From the NCBI GenBank assembly GCA_038087875.1, contig CM075979.1, forward strand, positions 8,370,001 through 8,434,000: DNA of 64,000 nt. The letters are read 5' to 3'. The notes under the pieces were generated by a model. That model ran no database searches and was not told the DNA's origin. It saw nothing but the letters and a program-made list of their open reading frames with translations. This document shows positions 38,290-51,538 of this stretch, piece after piece. A program made the position numbers and the translations under genes. Position 1 is the first letter of the stretch. Every line of letters starts with the position of its first letter. This DNA is from Malacoraja senta. Lineage: Eukaryota.

Positions 38290-39945
38290 AACATAGAAAA
38301 TAGATTAAGGCCTGCTCCACCTTTCAATACAATCGTGGGTGATCATACTTTGCAATGCCCTGTTCTCCCCATATCCCATAATCTCTTTGGCGTTAATAAA
38401 TATGTCAAACTCCTCAAATAAATTGAATGAGGTGGCCTCTCTCTATTATCTGTGGTGGGTATTCCACAGGTTCAACACTATCTGTGTCAAAAAAGTTTCA
38501 TCTCTGTTCTAAATTGCATAGCCAGTTATGGACGACTCAGCTTGGAAACATCAGCCCTTAATCTAATCTGTCTAGTCCTTTTAGAATTTTATGGGGTTTT
38601 CTATTAACTCTCCCACACTAATCTAAACTCGAATGAGTAACGACCCAAATGAACCAATGTCTCATACCTCTTCCTGTCACTCAGGGATTCAGCAAGACTT
38701 TGTTGAACACTCTCAAGGCAAGAACATCCTTCCTTTCCTAGTAGCTGGAAGCTCTAGATGGTTTCTCACCATGGCCTTGTACAGCTGCAGCAAAACATTG
38801 TTGCTCTTGTACACAAATCCTCTTGACATGAAGCACAGTTTACCACTTACCTTCCTCTCACTTGCTGCACCTAATTTTTTGCTTTCATCATCTTGTGTCC
38901 TTTGACACTCAATGTCATTTCCTTTCCTAGTCTGTCAATCTTTAGATAATCTATCCTTCTGTTTTTGAAACCAAAGTAGATGACTTAACTTTATCCACAT
39001 TAAACTCAATCTGCCCCGCATTTGCCCACTTGCCCAATTTGTCTAAATCACATTGGGGCCTCTTTGTGCATCTTGCTCACAGCTCGTGTTATCTCATCCC
39101 CTTCAACTTTGTGCTATCTGCCAATGTTATATTTAGTTCCCTCATCCAAATCATTGATCCAAATTGAAAACATCTGGGACACAAGCATTGTTATCTGCAG
39201 TTCCTCGTTACTACTGCCTGTCTCGCAGAAATTAAACAGTTTACTTCTGCTCCCTGTTTCATTTCAACCAATCTCACTCATGGCAGTTCCATGTGCTTCA
39301 TAGTGGTAGAGTCAGAGTGAAAGTCAGCATGGAAACAGGCCCTTCAGCCCAACTTGTCCATGTCGACCAGGGCCCCCCATCTACACTAGTGCCACTTGTC
39401 TGCCCATATCCCTCTAAACCTTACCTATCCATGTACCTGTCCAAATGTATTTTAAATATCATTTTAGTATCTGTCCCAATTACCATCTCAAGAGAGTTCA
39501 AGAGACATTTATTATCACATGCACCAATTGGTACAGTGAGATTTGAATTACCATACAGCCATACGAATAAAAAGAACACAATACACTATAGAATTTAACA
39601 TGAATATCCCCCCCCCCCCACAGCAGAATCAAATTTTCCCACTGTGAGGGAAGGCAATAAAGTTCGGTCCTCTTCCTCTGGCAGCTCGTTCATATACCCA
39701 CCACCCTCTGTGTGAAAACCGTGCCCCTTTGGTTCTGATTACATTTTTCCCCTCTCACCTTAAACCTGTGATCTCTGGTCTATTCCCCTCATAATCATAT
39801 ACACTGTTATAAGATCATCCTCCTGCGCTCCAAGGCATGAAGTCCTAGCTTGCCCACCCTCTCCCTATAGCTCACGCCCTCAAATCTTGGAAACATCTTT
39901 GTAAATCTTCACTGCACTCTTTCCAGCTTAACAACATCCTTCCTG
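38290..39945 (-). mobile_element. Cluster of decayed CR1 LINE fragments
   Basis: antisense CR1 RT/3' signatures; boundaries approximate. Confidence 0.6.
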
Positions 39946-40094
39946 AGTTACTCCAGCACTGTCTTTTTTTGCAAGCCAGCATATGCAACTCCTTGATTCT
40001 ACGCCTTGTAGTTCGTGGTGTTTATCAGGTACAGTGTAAATGCAGAGAAGGGTTCGCTGGGTTTGGCCACAGTTCCAGCATAAGCTGTTAACTG

Positions 40095-40310
40095 CACCCA
40101 GAGAGTTGTGAATTTGTGGAATTCTCTGCCTCAGAGGGCAGTGGAGGCCAATTCACTGAATGCATTCAAAAGAGAGTTAAATAGAGCTCTTAGGGATATG
40201 GGGGAAATGCAGGAACGGGGTACTGATTGTGGATGATCAGCCATGATCACATTGAATGGCAGTGCTGGCTCGAAGGGCCGAATGGCCTACTCCTGCACCT
40301 ATTATCTATG
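40095..40310 (+). mobile_element. CR1/HER1 3' tail ending 19 nt before CSTF3 exon 16
   Basis: ...gaagggccgaatggcctactcctgcacctattatctatg. Confidence 0.85.
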
Positions 40311-40329
40311 TAATTTGTTTGCATTTCAG

Positions 40330-40399
40330 AGGACAACAACACCAGAGTTCTGTTTGAGCGCGTTCTGACCTCTGGGTCCTTGCCACCGGAGAAATCTGG
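40330..40399 (+). CDS. CSTF3: CSTF3 exon 16, (E)DNNTRVLFERVLTSGSLPPEKS(G)
   Basis: tttcag|AG...GG|gtaata. Confidence 0.96.
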
Positions 40400-40619
40400 G
40401 TAATAACCTCTGTTCTTCAACTTTAAATTGTCAAGTTAAATATTAATGTTTTACTGTGCTTTAAAATTGTGTTCAGTATATGCGGAACAATTGTTGAGAG
40501 GCTTATTAGAAATTCTCACAGGTATCATGAGCCTTGAATTAATTATACAGGAATAAAGCTTAAAACAATAGCATTGGCATGCGTTTAGGATGAAATCTAA
40601 ATTTCAGAATAGAAACATT

Positions 40620-40920
40620 TCTTAGAATCATAAAGCATGGAAACAGGCCCTTCAGCCAATGCCGACCAAGATGTCCCTTCTAAGATAGTCCCACCTGCCT
40701 GGGTTTGCCCAGTATCCCTCTAAACCTTTCTTATCCATATACCTTTCCAAATGTCTTTATAACACTGTTATTGTACCTTCCTCACCTATCTCCTCTGGCA
40801 GCTCCTTAAATCAATCCCCTCTCACCTTGCACCTATGCCTTCTCATTCTTGATTCCCCTACCCTGGGAAATAGACTGCGGTGCATTCACCCTACCTATTC
40901 CCCTCCTGATCTTGTACACT
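40620..40920 (-). mobile_element. CR1-family 3' fragment
   Basis: ggaaacaggcccttcagcc-type antisense tail. Confidence 0.6.
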
Positions 40921-41709
40921 TTTTTTTATTTACACACACTAATTTTAATTTCCTCAAGATAAGAATTAAAAAAAAACGTTTTTCCTAGGGAATGCGATTT
41001 CACAAAGTTTAAATTATTATTTGTATACAATCTCCTTGATTTTACTGAGGTATTCGTATCTTGCACTACCCCCTTCAGTGCTGGTAAGCTTTCCCAAGAG
41101 AGTCAGAACGAATGAAACAGGTTCAGATAACAAAGTAGGAAATGTGAATCCAAACTCAACTCTTATACAGACTGCAGACTAAAGACCAGGATTTATTAAG
41201 GAATGAAGATATAAATATCAAAACAAAAGCTTTGAAGATTTTATTTTCTTAAAAATCACTGCAAAAAATTCTAGGAGCAGGGCCGGTTTCAGCATTCAGT
41301 ATGTTCTGGCTGATCTGATCCTGACTTCAGCACTTTGCTACTCAATCTTATAACAATTGTTTGGAGTTAGTCAAAAAACAATTAGTCCTGAATATACTAA
41401 ATGAATATGCGTCTGTAGCACTATGAACAGAGTAATCTCCTTCAATGTTATCGTAATTCCCATCTTTCTGCACCAAATGCACTGATGTAAGGATCCTGTT
41501 CAGGATGTAAATGCTGGAGGGGAACTAATTGATCACCGTTTCTTGTCATTCCTGCAACAGCCTCGGGTAGTTCTCATCACTTTCACATTTTCCTAGAACT
41601 CAACTACTGAGTTATAACTTAGTTTGTGAAATATGAGTATTTGGTTACAACAAATAGACAAGCCTATTTTTTTTTTAAACGACTCCACCATGCCTTTTAT
41701 ATGACTGTT

Positions 41710-42100
41710 CAATAGAACATAGAATAGTACAGCATAGAATGAGGCCCTTCGGCCCATAATGTCTTTGCCAAGCACAATACCAAGTTAAACTAATCCCCTC
41801 TGCCTGCACGTGATCCATATCCCTCCATTTCCTGCATATCCATGTGCCTACCCAAAAGCCTCTTAAATGCCGCTATCATATCTGCCTCCACCCCTGCCAG
41901 TACATTCCAGGCATCCACCGCTTGCCCCACGCATCTCTTTTAAATTTTGCCCTCTCAACCTAAAGCTATGCTCTTGACATTTCCACCCTGGAGAAAAAAA
42001 ATCTCTCATGATTTTTTAATATATTTCTATCAGGTCTCCCCTCAGCCTCTGATGCTCCAGAGAAAACAATCCAGATTGACCCAACCCCTCCTTATGGCTA
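41710..42100 (-). mobile_element. CR1-family 3' fragment
   Basis: tail aatagaacatagaatagtacagc; similar to 29310-29815. Confidence 0.6.
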
Positions 42101-42845
42101 ATACAATGCCTCGGACAATCCAAACAATCAAATTCAAATCATTCTGCCCACGTTACCGTTGTCTCCGTCAATCCATCCTGGCAGTGCGTCACCAAACTGC
42201 TTGTGATGTTTCAAGGAGGGATATGAAGGGAAGGAATCATTGTTATTTCATTGTTTTGATGAAGTGCCTGGAGAAAAACTGGTTTGTCTGGCAGAAGCTG
42301 GCCAATCAGAAAATGGGGCAAGATGAGAATTGTAATTACTTTTCACAGCAAGTTGTGCTACACCACACCTTGTGAATTGAACAATGGAATCAGGTGATAT
42401 TGTAACGTGCAACAATAGTTAGACAAAAGCTGTACCATCGGTGGAGGAGAGAGCAAGGGGTTGGGATTAACTGGACATTTATTTTAAAGAACCAGCATAG
42501 AATCTCCTGTAGGTCATTGAACATCTCCTAAGTTACATCATTATGTACATTTTGTGGATATGTTTTGCATGACATTTGGTTCAAATTTTGCCTACTGATC
42601 ATTGTGTTTGAAGAGTAGAATTGGAGACTCGCTGCTGGTAAAGCAGTTTGATTCACAATATGTGCTACATTCTGTTGCCAAAATGACTTACCCAAAGTCT
42701 TGGATGACTGTGATGTTTGTTTCCAATATCTTTGGGTTAAGAAGTGTCAAGCATCTGCGAGGAATGAGCAAGAAGCCCACATGGGTCGAGTTAGATGACA
42801 CCCTAATTGTAGTTTCTCTCTCTTTCTGTTTGTCAAATGTTGCAG

Positions 42846-43041
42846 CGAGATCTGGGCACGATTTCTGGCTTTTGAAAGTAACATTGGAGACCTGGCCAGT
42901 ATTCTGAAAGTGGAAAAGAGGAGGTTTGCTGCTTTTAAGGAGGAATATGAAGGAAAGGAAACTGCATTGCTGGTGGACCGATATAAGTTCATGGACCTCT
43001 TCCCCTGTTCAAACAGTGAACTTAAAGCTCTTGGATATAAG
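42846..43041 (+). CDS. CSTF3: CSTF3 exon 17, [26 protein letters not shown]...ELKALGYK
   Basis: ttgcag|C...AAG|gtagtt. Confidence 0.97.
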
Positions 43042-43377
43042 GTAGTTCCTAGTCATTGTCATACTATTTAAAAAAAATATGTGCACAAGGCAGGTTGGCT
43101 TCCTTCTTGAGTGGGTGTGAAGGATATTGAATTCAATATCTTTCAGGGCAACTAATGTTCACCAGGGAAAAGAATCTGCAGATCTGTCCAGGTGCAAGTC
43201 CAGTTCCTCAGCAATGTGGTGTTAACCTCTCCATGCTGTTAAGGTGTTGGTCACGCCAGGAGTTCTAGCTGGTAGCAAAGAAGGATTGATTTCTCCAAGA
43301 GTTAAGATGGTGTGCGAGTTAAATTGGACAATCTGAAGGTGGTCAAATTACTGAAGAGCAGACAAGACAATAATTAC

Positions 43378-43500
43378 AGTCTGAAGAAGGGTCCCGACCC
43401 AAAACATCACCTATCTATGTTCTCCAGAGATGCTGCTTGACCTGCTGAGTTACTCCAGCACTTTTTGTGTCTTTTTCAGTAAACCAGCATTTGCAGTTCA
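43378..43500 (+). mobile_element. PLE pLTR fragment with mutated hammerhead (GAAA>AAAA)
   Basis: ctgaagaagggtcccgacccaaaacatc. Confidence 0.7.
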
Positions 43501-43571
43501 TTGTTATGACAATAATTGATAGTGATCGGTTAGTATTGCCGTGCTAAATAAAACGATTTCCCTGCTAACAG

Positions 43572-43725
43572 GATGTCTCTCGAACCAAGATGACGAACAT
43601 TATCCCTGACCCCATAGTGACCCCTTCCACTGTAACCATAATGAAGGATGAAACTGACCGAAAGCCGGAGTATCCAAAACCTGACACAAGCCAGATGATC
43701 CCTTTCCAACCCCGACACCTAGCAC
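43572..43725 (+). CDS. CSTF3: CSTF3 exon 18, [14 protein letters not shown]...[21 protein letters not shown]
   Basis: ctaacag|GAT...C|gtgagt. Confidence 0.96.
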
Positions 43726-43887
43726 GTGAGTGACCTTGTGTTGGTTTTGTACTGACGGTGGATTTTAATGTAGGAAAATACTTACTGGGTTCACTGATAA
43801 AACAAATAGCAAGGTGATGTGTAGAAACCACGTTGTTTAATTACCTTGACTGTAGTTAACACTTGAGCGTTCTCTGTCTTTGTACAG

Positions 43888-43982
43888 CCCCTGGTCTCCA
43901 TCCTGTCCCAGGAGGAGTGTTTCCTGTACCCCCAGCTTCCGTGCTGCTTATGAAACTGTTACCTCCACCAACGTGTTTCCAG
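43888..43982 (+). CDS. CSTF3: CSTF3 exon 19, proline-rich [31 protein letters not shown]
   Basis: gtacag|CC...CAG|gtcagt. Confidence 0.96.
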
Positions 43983-44844
43983 GTCAGTACACAAAAGCAT
44001 CTCATTCCTAATTCAGGTGTCTCCATTTTGACTTTGGGTGGTAGTGGACCGGGTGTCCATTATGCACCCATCTTATTCTTGAATATTAATGGGGGGGGGG
44101 GGGGACATGTAAATCTGGGAGGACTGGCCCGATACTGTCTCTTTTACTTGGTCACCAAAGTCAGAGCAGCCCCTGAAGAATTCAACAATTTCCACTCTCC
44201 TGTCAGGGAGAAGTTCTGCTGGCAGAATAGATCTGCCTTTGTAGCCAATTCCATTATAAAGCCTTCACAGACCAACTAATCTTTTAACCTAATTTGCCAG
44301 TTCGTTTTTGCCAGTCTGATTCATGCCCTCACAATTGTTCATATTTCAGTTTAAAATAGTAGTCTTGGGGCTATTCTCCTCTCAATCAAACTGAATATAA
44401 AATTCAATCACATTGTGCCCAGCTCATTTGGTTATTTAGTGGCAGTCCTGGCACACTACACTTCCCTCACAGGCTGGTGCTGACATCCACTAAAGAGCTG
44501 CTGGGTGGGCTTTGATTCGTTTTAAACGCCAAGTCACGGAGCTCAAAACTGCGGTGGCCAAGTATGGGTGAATTTCATCAGGTCAAATCCCCCCTTTAAG
44601 TCCTGCTTTAAATTAGGTTTTACATCCTGCTAAGCTGCATATATTATAGGCAGATTTACTGAACAATGGGTTTCTTGGACTTAGGGTCCTGTCAGTGAGC
44701 ACAGGATCTCGATGGAACTGGTATGCAGTCTTCACACTCGACAGGGTGGGAAGCCAGGTCTTGAAGCACATATATCTTTCCCACTTCGACATCAGTTCCA
44801 TATTCTTGTCAATTCCATTTTAGATCGTCTTCTTGTGGTGAGTT

Positions 44845-45416
44845 AAGTAAGTTTATTGGCCAAGTATTCACATACAAGGAATTTGCCTTGGTGCTCCGCC
44901 CACAAGTAACATGACATACAGTGACAGTTACGAATGACTCAGAAAACACTAAACATTAATAATAATAAAACATTAATGATAAAACACCATTGATCAAGCA
45001 TGTGAACCAACAAAATACCAGATCAAAGGGAGGCTACAGATTTTTGGCTGTTGAGTAGAGCAACTACTCGTGGATAAAAACTGTTTTTATGTCTGGCTGT
45101 GGCAGCTTTGACAATCCGGAGTCGCCTTCCAGAGGGAAGTGATTCAAAGAGTTTGTGGCCAGGGTGAGAGGGGTCAGAGATGATCTTGCCCGCTCGCTTC
45201 CTGGCCCTTGCAGTGTACAGTTCATCAATGGAGGGAAGGTTGCAGCCAATAATCTTCTCTGCTGATCGGACGATTCGCTGCAGCCTCCAGGTGTCGTGCT
45301 TGGTGGCTGAGCCAAACCAGGCCATGATGGAGAAGGTGAGAACAGACTCTACGATGGCCATGTAGAATTGGACCATCATTGCCTGTGGCAGATTGTGCTT
45401 CCTCAGCTGCCGTAGG
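44845..45416 (-). mobile_element. Young Rex1/Babar-like LINE 3' end
   Basis: ORF 45023..45379 FYMAIVESVLTFSIMAWFG...SHPGHKLFESLPSGRRLR; AATAAA + (ACTT)n tail. Confidence 0.85.
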
Positions 45417-45519
45417 ACTGTTGGACACTGATGTAAAGTATGGAGATAGAGCTTGAGGAGTATGGTGACAGGGAATACGCTCTTTCTACCTTGGATTGTT
45501 TTCTCTAGTACGTCGGAGC

Positions 45520-45860
45520 TTGAAGGGAGACTTGATAGAAGTACATAAAATTATGAGAAGCAGAGATAGGGTAGATAGTCAGAAACCTTTTCCCCGGGGT
45601 GCAAATGTCAAAGACAAAGGGTATAGCTTTAAGATGAGGGGACAAATGTTTAAGTAGGGGTGGTGAGTGCCTGGAACACACTGCCTGGCATGGTAGTGGA
45701 GGCAGATATGATGGTGGCATTTGAGAGGCTTGTAGATAGGCACTTGGATATGCGGGGAATGGAGGGATATTGATCAGAGATGAGTTTATCTTGGCATCAT
45801 GTTCAGCACAGGCACTGTGGGCGGAAGGGCCTATTCCTATGCTGTACTGTACTATGTTCT
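45520..45860 (+). mobile_element. CR1-family 3' fragment
   Basis: LKGDLIEVHKIMRSRDRVD-like end plus tail. Confidence 0.65.
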
Positions 45861-45924
45861 CTAGTACTGAGATTACTCGGTGTTTGTCACATCATGATTG
45901 TATTTGGAAACTTCCTTCCCACAG

Positions 45925-45985
45925 GGCCCATTTGTTCAAGTTGATGAACTAATGGAAGTTTTGCGACGCTGCCAATTACCAGACA
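45925..45985 (+). CDS. CSTF3: CSTF3 exon 20, GPFVQVDELMEVLRRCQLPD
   Basis: ccacag|GGC...A|gtaagt. Confidence 0.95.
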
Positions 45986-46896
45986 GTAAGTAGTGTTCTT
46001 TGCTTTTATTTTGCGATTCTCTGTTGAACAGCCAATGTTCAGAATGTGCTCACAGAAAACACTCCTAACCGTGAAAATGCAGAGAAATAGAGGCTCGCAT
46101 ATCAACACCTCCTTCTAAAATTGTCCTGCTGTTCTTGTGCAAGTGTTTAAAATAAATTAATTTTGTTCAGGTGAACAGGTTAAGCTGTTACTGACATTTC
46201 CCATAGACACAATTGCTGGAGTACCTCATCTGTGGATGCTGCCTGACCCGCTGAGTTACTCCAGCATTTTGTATCTACCTTCAGTATAAACCAGCATCTG
46301 CAGTTTCTTCCTATACTGACATTTCCCAATCCTAATTGCCTTTGAGATGCGCTGGCAAGTTGATTTCTCAAATTGTGAAAGCACGTGTGTAAAACATACT
46401 CTGTCAACGGTTGTCCAAGGAGGTTGCAGGATTTTGACTATGTTGATGCCAGAGAATGTATTCAAGTGTTCCGAAAGTAACCTGACCATTGGAGTGTTTT
46501 ACCTTTAGGGGCAAACTGATGCAGAGGCTTTATTGATCATGGATTTCTCCTACCACAAACAAGCAAACATTTGAATCCTCAGCCTATAGGTTCAGCTCCA
46601 TTCATTTGGAGTAAGGTTAAGACTAGGTGTGGATTGTGACCGTTCCCATATCTTGCAGGTGGTATTTTGAGATGAACACTTAAATGCAGAACCCAACATT
46701 CCTGCCCGCAATATCTTAATGCAAAAGACTGGCAGCCACCTCAACATTTATTTTAATTACAAACCTCTAATGATCTTGATAACACTTCCATCTCTACCAT
46801 CCCCCACGCCCCCTATCACCACCACCGAGGATGACTTCATTGAATCATCATTGAAGGATGGGTTTATTAAACTATGCCTTTTTAAATTTTTTTTAG

Positions 46897-47102
46897 CTGT
46901 TGAACAAGCTGTTGAACTGATCACTGGAGGCCAACCAGAAACTGTTGCTGAAGGAAATGGACCTATAGAAAATGATGCAGTGATGAAAAAGCCCTTGAAG
47001 AGGGCAGCAAATGAAGATTCTGATGAAGAGGAGGAAAAGGGTGCAGTGGCGCCTCCAATGCATGACATTTACAGAGCTCGCCAGCAGAAACGAGTCCGGT
47101 AA
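46897..47102 (+). CDS. CSTF3: CSTF3 last exon (21), coding part, ...[29 protein letters not shown]
   Basis: ttttag|CT; conserved C-terminus [10 protein letters not shown]; TAA at 47100-47102. Confidence 0.97.
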
Positions 47103-47630
47103 AGATCCACCAGCAGCCGTTTCACGTCCTGAAGGAACTGAATGCCATTCTTAAAACGTCAGGAAATGAGCTGTCTTCACTTGCCGGTGGAAACAAGACT
47201 GTGCTTTCACTGTTGTGCCTCATTCGAGTAAGGTAGCTCATCTGAACAGGAAAAAAAAGGATAAAACCTTGCTTCTTCTGTGCGAAAGGTTGCATTTTTT
47301 AGGAGACTTTCATTTGGGCAGAATCCTTTGGTCTTGAACGCCAGGCACTGCAACGTATGCACAGACAGTGCAAACATTTCAACTACAGCCTAGTTCCATG
47401 CAAGTCTGCTACGACAATGCAGCTTGTGAATCTTTGTGATTTTGATTTATTTGTGTTTCTTTTTTTTTAAACTGGATGGTGCAAATACAAGGGAAGGTAT
47501 TTTAAATATCCCACAGAACTATTATACCACTGTCATGTTATGTCACGTGGTTTCCTGCCAAGTCTCATTTTACCATTATTTATGGCAACCGTTTCCTTTT
47601 GTAATTGAGAGCCTGAACACAAATATTTGT

Positions 47631-47655
47631 AATAAAGACATAAAATGCAATTAAA
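47631..47655 (+). terminator. CSTF3 terminal poly(A) signals (AATAAA 47631-47636, ATTAAA 47650-47655)
   Basis: ~530 nt after the stop, TGTA immediately upstream. Confidence 0.7.
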
Positions 47656-49221
47656 CTTCGGACTCTTGCTTCATGGGTTTATGCCATCTTGGCAAAGACA
47701 TTTGAAGGATATTTTCCATGTTGTTATGCATTAAACAGTAGACGCAACTGGATATTGTTAGAATTGAATTGATTGTTTTATTAGATATATAAACTAACAA
47801 GTTAATTTGTAGTAATTTCAGGAGCTCCACGGGGAGCTATTTTGCCAGATTCTGCACTGTGGAAAGAGCAATCGAATCCTGAATTCACGGTATGCCAATT
47901 GTCAAAGTCCATTGCCCGGGTTGCATTTTTGTTGTATTATTTTGTAAAACAATCATTAGTTGATGATAAGTTCAATGGCAAGTATTAAAATGACTTGGCG
48001 TTTAAGTAAGGAAAAAGTGGGCATTTGAGCAGAGGTGAATTAATTAGTAGCTCAGAAATAAAAGGCAAAACAGTTTTAATTTAACACAAATATTTTTAGA
48101 GACTTTAAGACTTTAAATGTGTTAAAGGTAAAAACATATTATTTAATCTGGCATTTTGAAATATATTTTTTGTCGTCATCAGGTCTTAAAATTATGACTA
48201 CAGGATACCTGGCTATAGAATATAATTTATCCTTGATTTAATATGGTAATAAATCCTGTAAAAATTCCTTGCTCTGAAATTCTAAAAGTCAGAAACTTTG
48301 ATCAACATACATTCTATAATCTGGGTTTGTCAAGTTAAAACCAGGATGAATTTCCACCCCATCTCACTTCCTTGTGTACCAATAGTCCCACTTTGCCATG
48401 CAGTGGGTTGAAAGCTGTTGCCACATCCAAGGGATTAGCATCATTTTACAGCCATAAATTCATTTCAGAAAAAATGTTTGCCAAAATAGTCAATTGAACT
48501 AAAGTTAAGTTGAAGTAATTATGTTGGCGATATAAAGTAATCTCCTCAGCAAATTTTCAATTCCTGGTCACAAGCAACACTATTTTTGATCTGGGAAAGG
48601 ACTGATAGAAATACTGCAGTGAGAGTGGCTACCTCTACTTCTCCAAAACCTTTGCCTGCTTCGGTCACTAGCAGGCTCAGGACCTATTGTTTTCAGTTTA
48701 TCAACATGCATTGGATTATTAACAAATGCTGGGTTTCCCTTCTGTGTGGGAGCGGGTAGAATTTTCAGCCTTCATTCCCACAAACAATGTCCTTCAGACA
48801 TTCTACAAAGGGAGGTGCAGTCTGCCGAGAGATGAACTGACGCAATGGATTTTTTGGCTTTAAGGGAATCACAAGTGATCAATTAGAAATTAGGGAGGTA
48901 GTGGATCAACTATCAGTGAATAGTAGGATGAAGCACAAAGTAGCGCTACTTATTCAAATCCTTACACTAAAATCTGTCAGCTCGTCAAGACCGTTGATAC
49001 ATCAAACTCTAAACTTAAACATCTCTTTCCCATAACCTTCGCAAGTTCTCTGACTGGAGTTGGTGGGTAACAAATAGCAGAATCTTGCCCTTCCTGACCA
49101 AGGCTTTCCTTTTACAATTATCACATCAGCACAAAACACCTTGTGGTCAGAATCATTGTGCATCACTTGCATGAATTAATCATATCCACTCTTTACAAAA
49201 CAACTACTGTCACGATGCACC

Positions 49222-49227
49222 TTTATT
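49222..49227 (-). terminator. Probable TCP11L1 poly(A) signal
   Basis: minus strand reads TGTA...AATAAAggtgcatcgtgaCA followed by GU-rich gtagttgttttgt; several upstream TGTA; ~1.4 kb 3'UTR. Confidence 0.6.
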
Positions 49228-50652
49228 TTACCAGGATACATAGGTTTGCCTGTTTCTGTTTAAATACTATACATTATTACTACTGTATACTGCAAAATTC
49301 TGGAAACATGCAGCTGAAAAAAAAGCACCATTCTCAAGTTTTGCAAAATAAGTTAATAGTATTTACACCAGTAAAGTCCAACTTGCTGTCAGTACAATAC
49401 ATTACACAAGAGGCAAGCATAATGCTCAGCAAGAAAGCTCTAATATTAAATTAAATCATAGCCAACAGTGAAAAAACACTGAGGATCTCGTTGTCTCTGA
49501 GTGACATAAATGCTCTCATTTTAAGATGATTGTATTTATCAATTCAATGTGTTTACAGTGCAGCAAATTCAAGCATTATCCTCATCTGTAAACCTCTAGT
49601 TGTTCCAACTACAACACAAATTTAGTTTCCAAAAGTGATCCACTTTTGCGACAGTATAAAACATGTGGCTGCATCTGAACAAACCCAGTTGGGTGGAAGC
49701 ATACGGGAATATCATTTGATGCTTCTAAATGGGCATAAGAAGTTTCGTTAAGTGCTCTGCCGTTTTTCATATAATAAATAAGATTGGATTTGTTGACAAG
49801 GTGGTTGCAAATCTAGGTAGTTTATGGTGAGTTGGTTAAACTGGAATGCAGAATCAATATTAGGACTGCAACAAAGGGTTGAAGAGCTACAGTTGCATTC
49901 TAAAAGTAAGCACATGTCTAAAACATCAAGGACATCCTTTTTGCTGTAGAGAGGTTTTCTGCTGATTACAGTCTAAAGCGATGCATTTAAAAAAGGGGGT
50001 TTAGTTTATCGAGCAGTGAACAAGCAGAGATGGGGTTCATGCTCACGGACTGTACTGATGAGAATCAGCATTCATCAAAGACACAAGGATTGTCAGAAAA
50101 GTCCAGTGGGCCACTTGCACTATTACCAATGCTTTGCGGTATCAACAGACCATGAGCATTGTTTGGTGCCATATGTCATCCTTTTACTAATTAATTGATA
50201 CCAACTAGAATTCTATTCATGATGGTCAGCTGTGTGAAAGCCTATTGACAAGGGCATCTAATTTTTAACTTTATCCAATGACTGCAGTTGCATTATGCCT
50301 CTGATGTAGAGTCTCAAGGTGCTTTCATCTCAGTTTTAGGGTTGGGGAAGATAACAAGGAGACAATAGATTTTGATGAAGAATTATTCAAATATAATGCA
50401 AGATTAATGTTTTACCATAAGTGAATTTGATTTTTGCTTAATAGCACAAATATTGTACACAAAGAGCAATGGCCATTTAAGGACCCTGGTCCTACTCCCC
50501 ACCAACCTCACATTATCCCAAAGCAAGATACTTCTTCACAATCTTCCCTCCCCAAAATAAAAGGAGAATGAAACCAGCTTGTTTCTCCTTAAAGCATATG
50601 GAGACGCACACAAATGCAAAGATCTTGTACAAATGTGCAATACTTTAATATA

Positions 50653-50894
50653 TTATGGTAATTGTTCTGTCTCACTTGCCCCTGGAGGCAGTGTTTCATT
50701 CCTTTGGAGCACTTTAGCCAAGATGGTGTCGTAATAAGGGTTGAAGACCAACTTGTTATAGTTTACAAGGTGAAGGAATCGGATAGTAATCTCCTCCAAC
50801 TCTTTTCTAATGGGGGCAAGTCCTCCAGGGATGATGACTGATTTGGGATTGCTCGACACGAGATGCATCTTCAGAAAAGTCTGGATCCGTAAAT
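50653..50894 (-). CDS. TCP11L1: TCP11L1 last coding exon (10), LRIQTFLKMHLV...LVNYNKLVFNPYYDTILAKVLQRNETLPPGASETEQLP*
   Basis: ttgccag|AT; TCP11-family C-terminal motif LVNYNKxVFxPYY. Confidence 0.92.
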
Positions 50895-51365
50895 CTGGCA
50901 ATAAAGATAACAAACAGAAAGTGGAGCACTTTGGAAAGCAATCGGTAAAACTACTTAGAAACTGGCTTTTTATCAAACTGGAGCAACCATGCCATAACAT
51001 AGCCAAGAATGAAGGATTTAAATCAGATTCTCAACAGGTAAATAGAGACTGAAACAGATACAAAAGCTTTTCTACAACTGCTATCAGAAAGTTATCTGCC
51101 TGAACGGTCCGATTAAAAGCAGTGTTAATTTACTATCAAATATGCTGGAGTACACTTCTTAAATAGGTAAGAAATTACCTCTTAGGTAAAAGGAATAGAA
51201 TAAAAAAGGAAATGCTTCTCCTGGTTTGATACGGTCAATCACGCAAGCTGAAGGGAGGGTCAGTGGTGCCAGTCTACAAGCATGCCTAAACATTGACCAG
51301 GCTGGCACCAAATCAGGTACATTCCAAACACACAGCATTTAATGCATTACAATGTATATTCTTAC

Positions 51366-51538
51366 CTATTAATTTTCGAACAGAGTTATCCAAACTAGAT
51401 ATGGCCTGGATTTGACCTTTCAATACCGCCTCTTTCTCAGTGGGTAGTAGTGAGAAACCGTGCTGAGATAAGCAGTTATTAACTTCCACACAGATCTGTT
51501 CACTCACACTGGTCATGGTCTCAGCAAGATGAAAGGAA
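51366..51538 (-). CDS. TCP11L1: TCP11L1 exon 9, SFHLAETMTSVSEQICVEVNNCL...VLKGQIQAISSLDNSVRKLI
   Basis: ctgcag|T...G|gtaag; phases fit neighbours. Confidence 0.93.
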
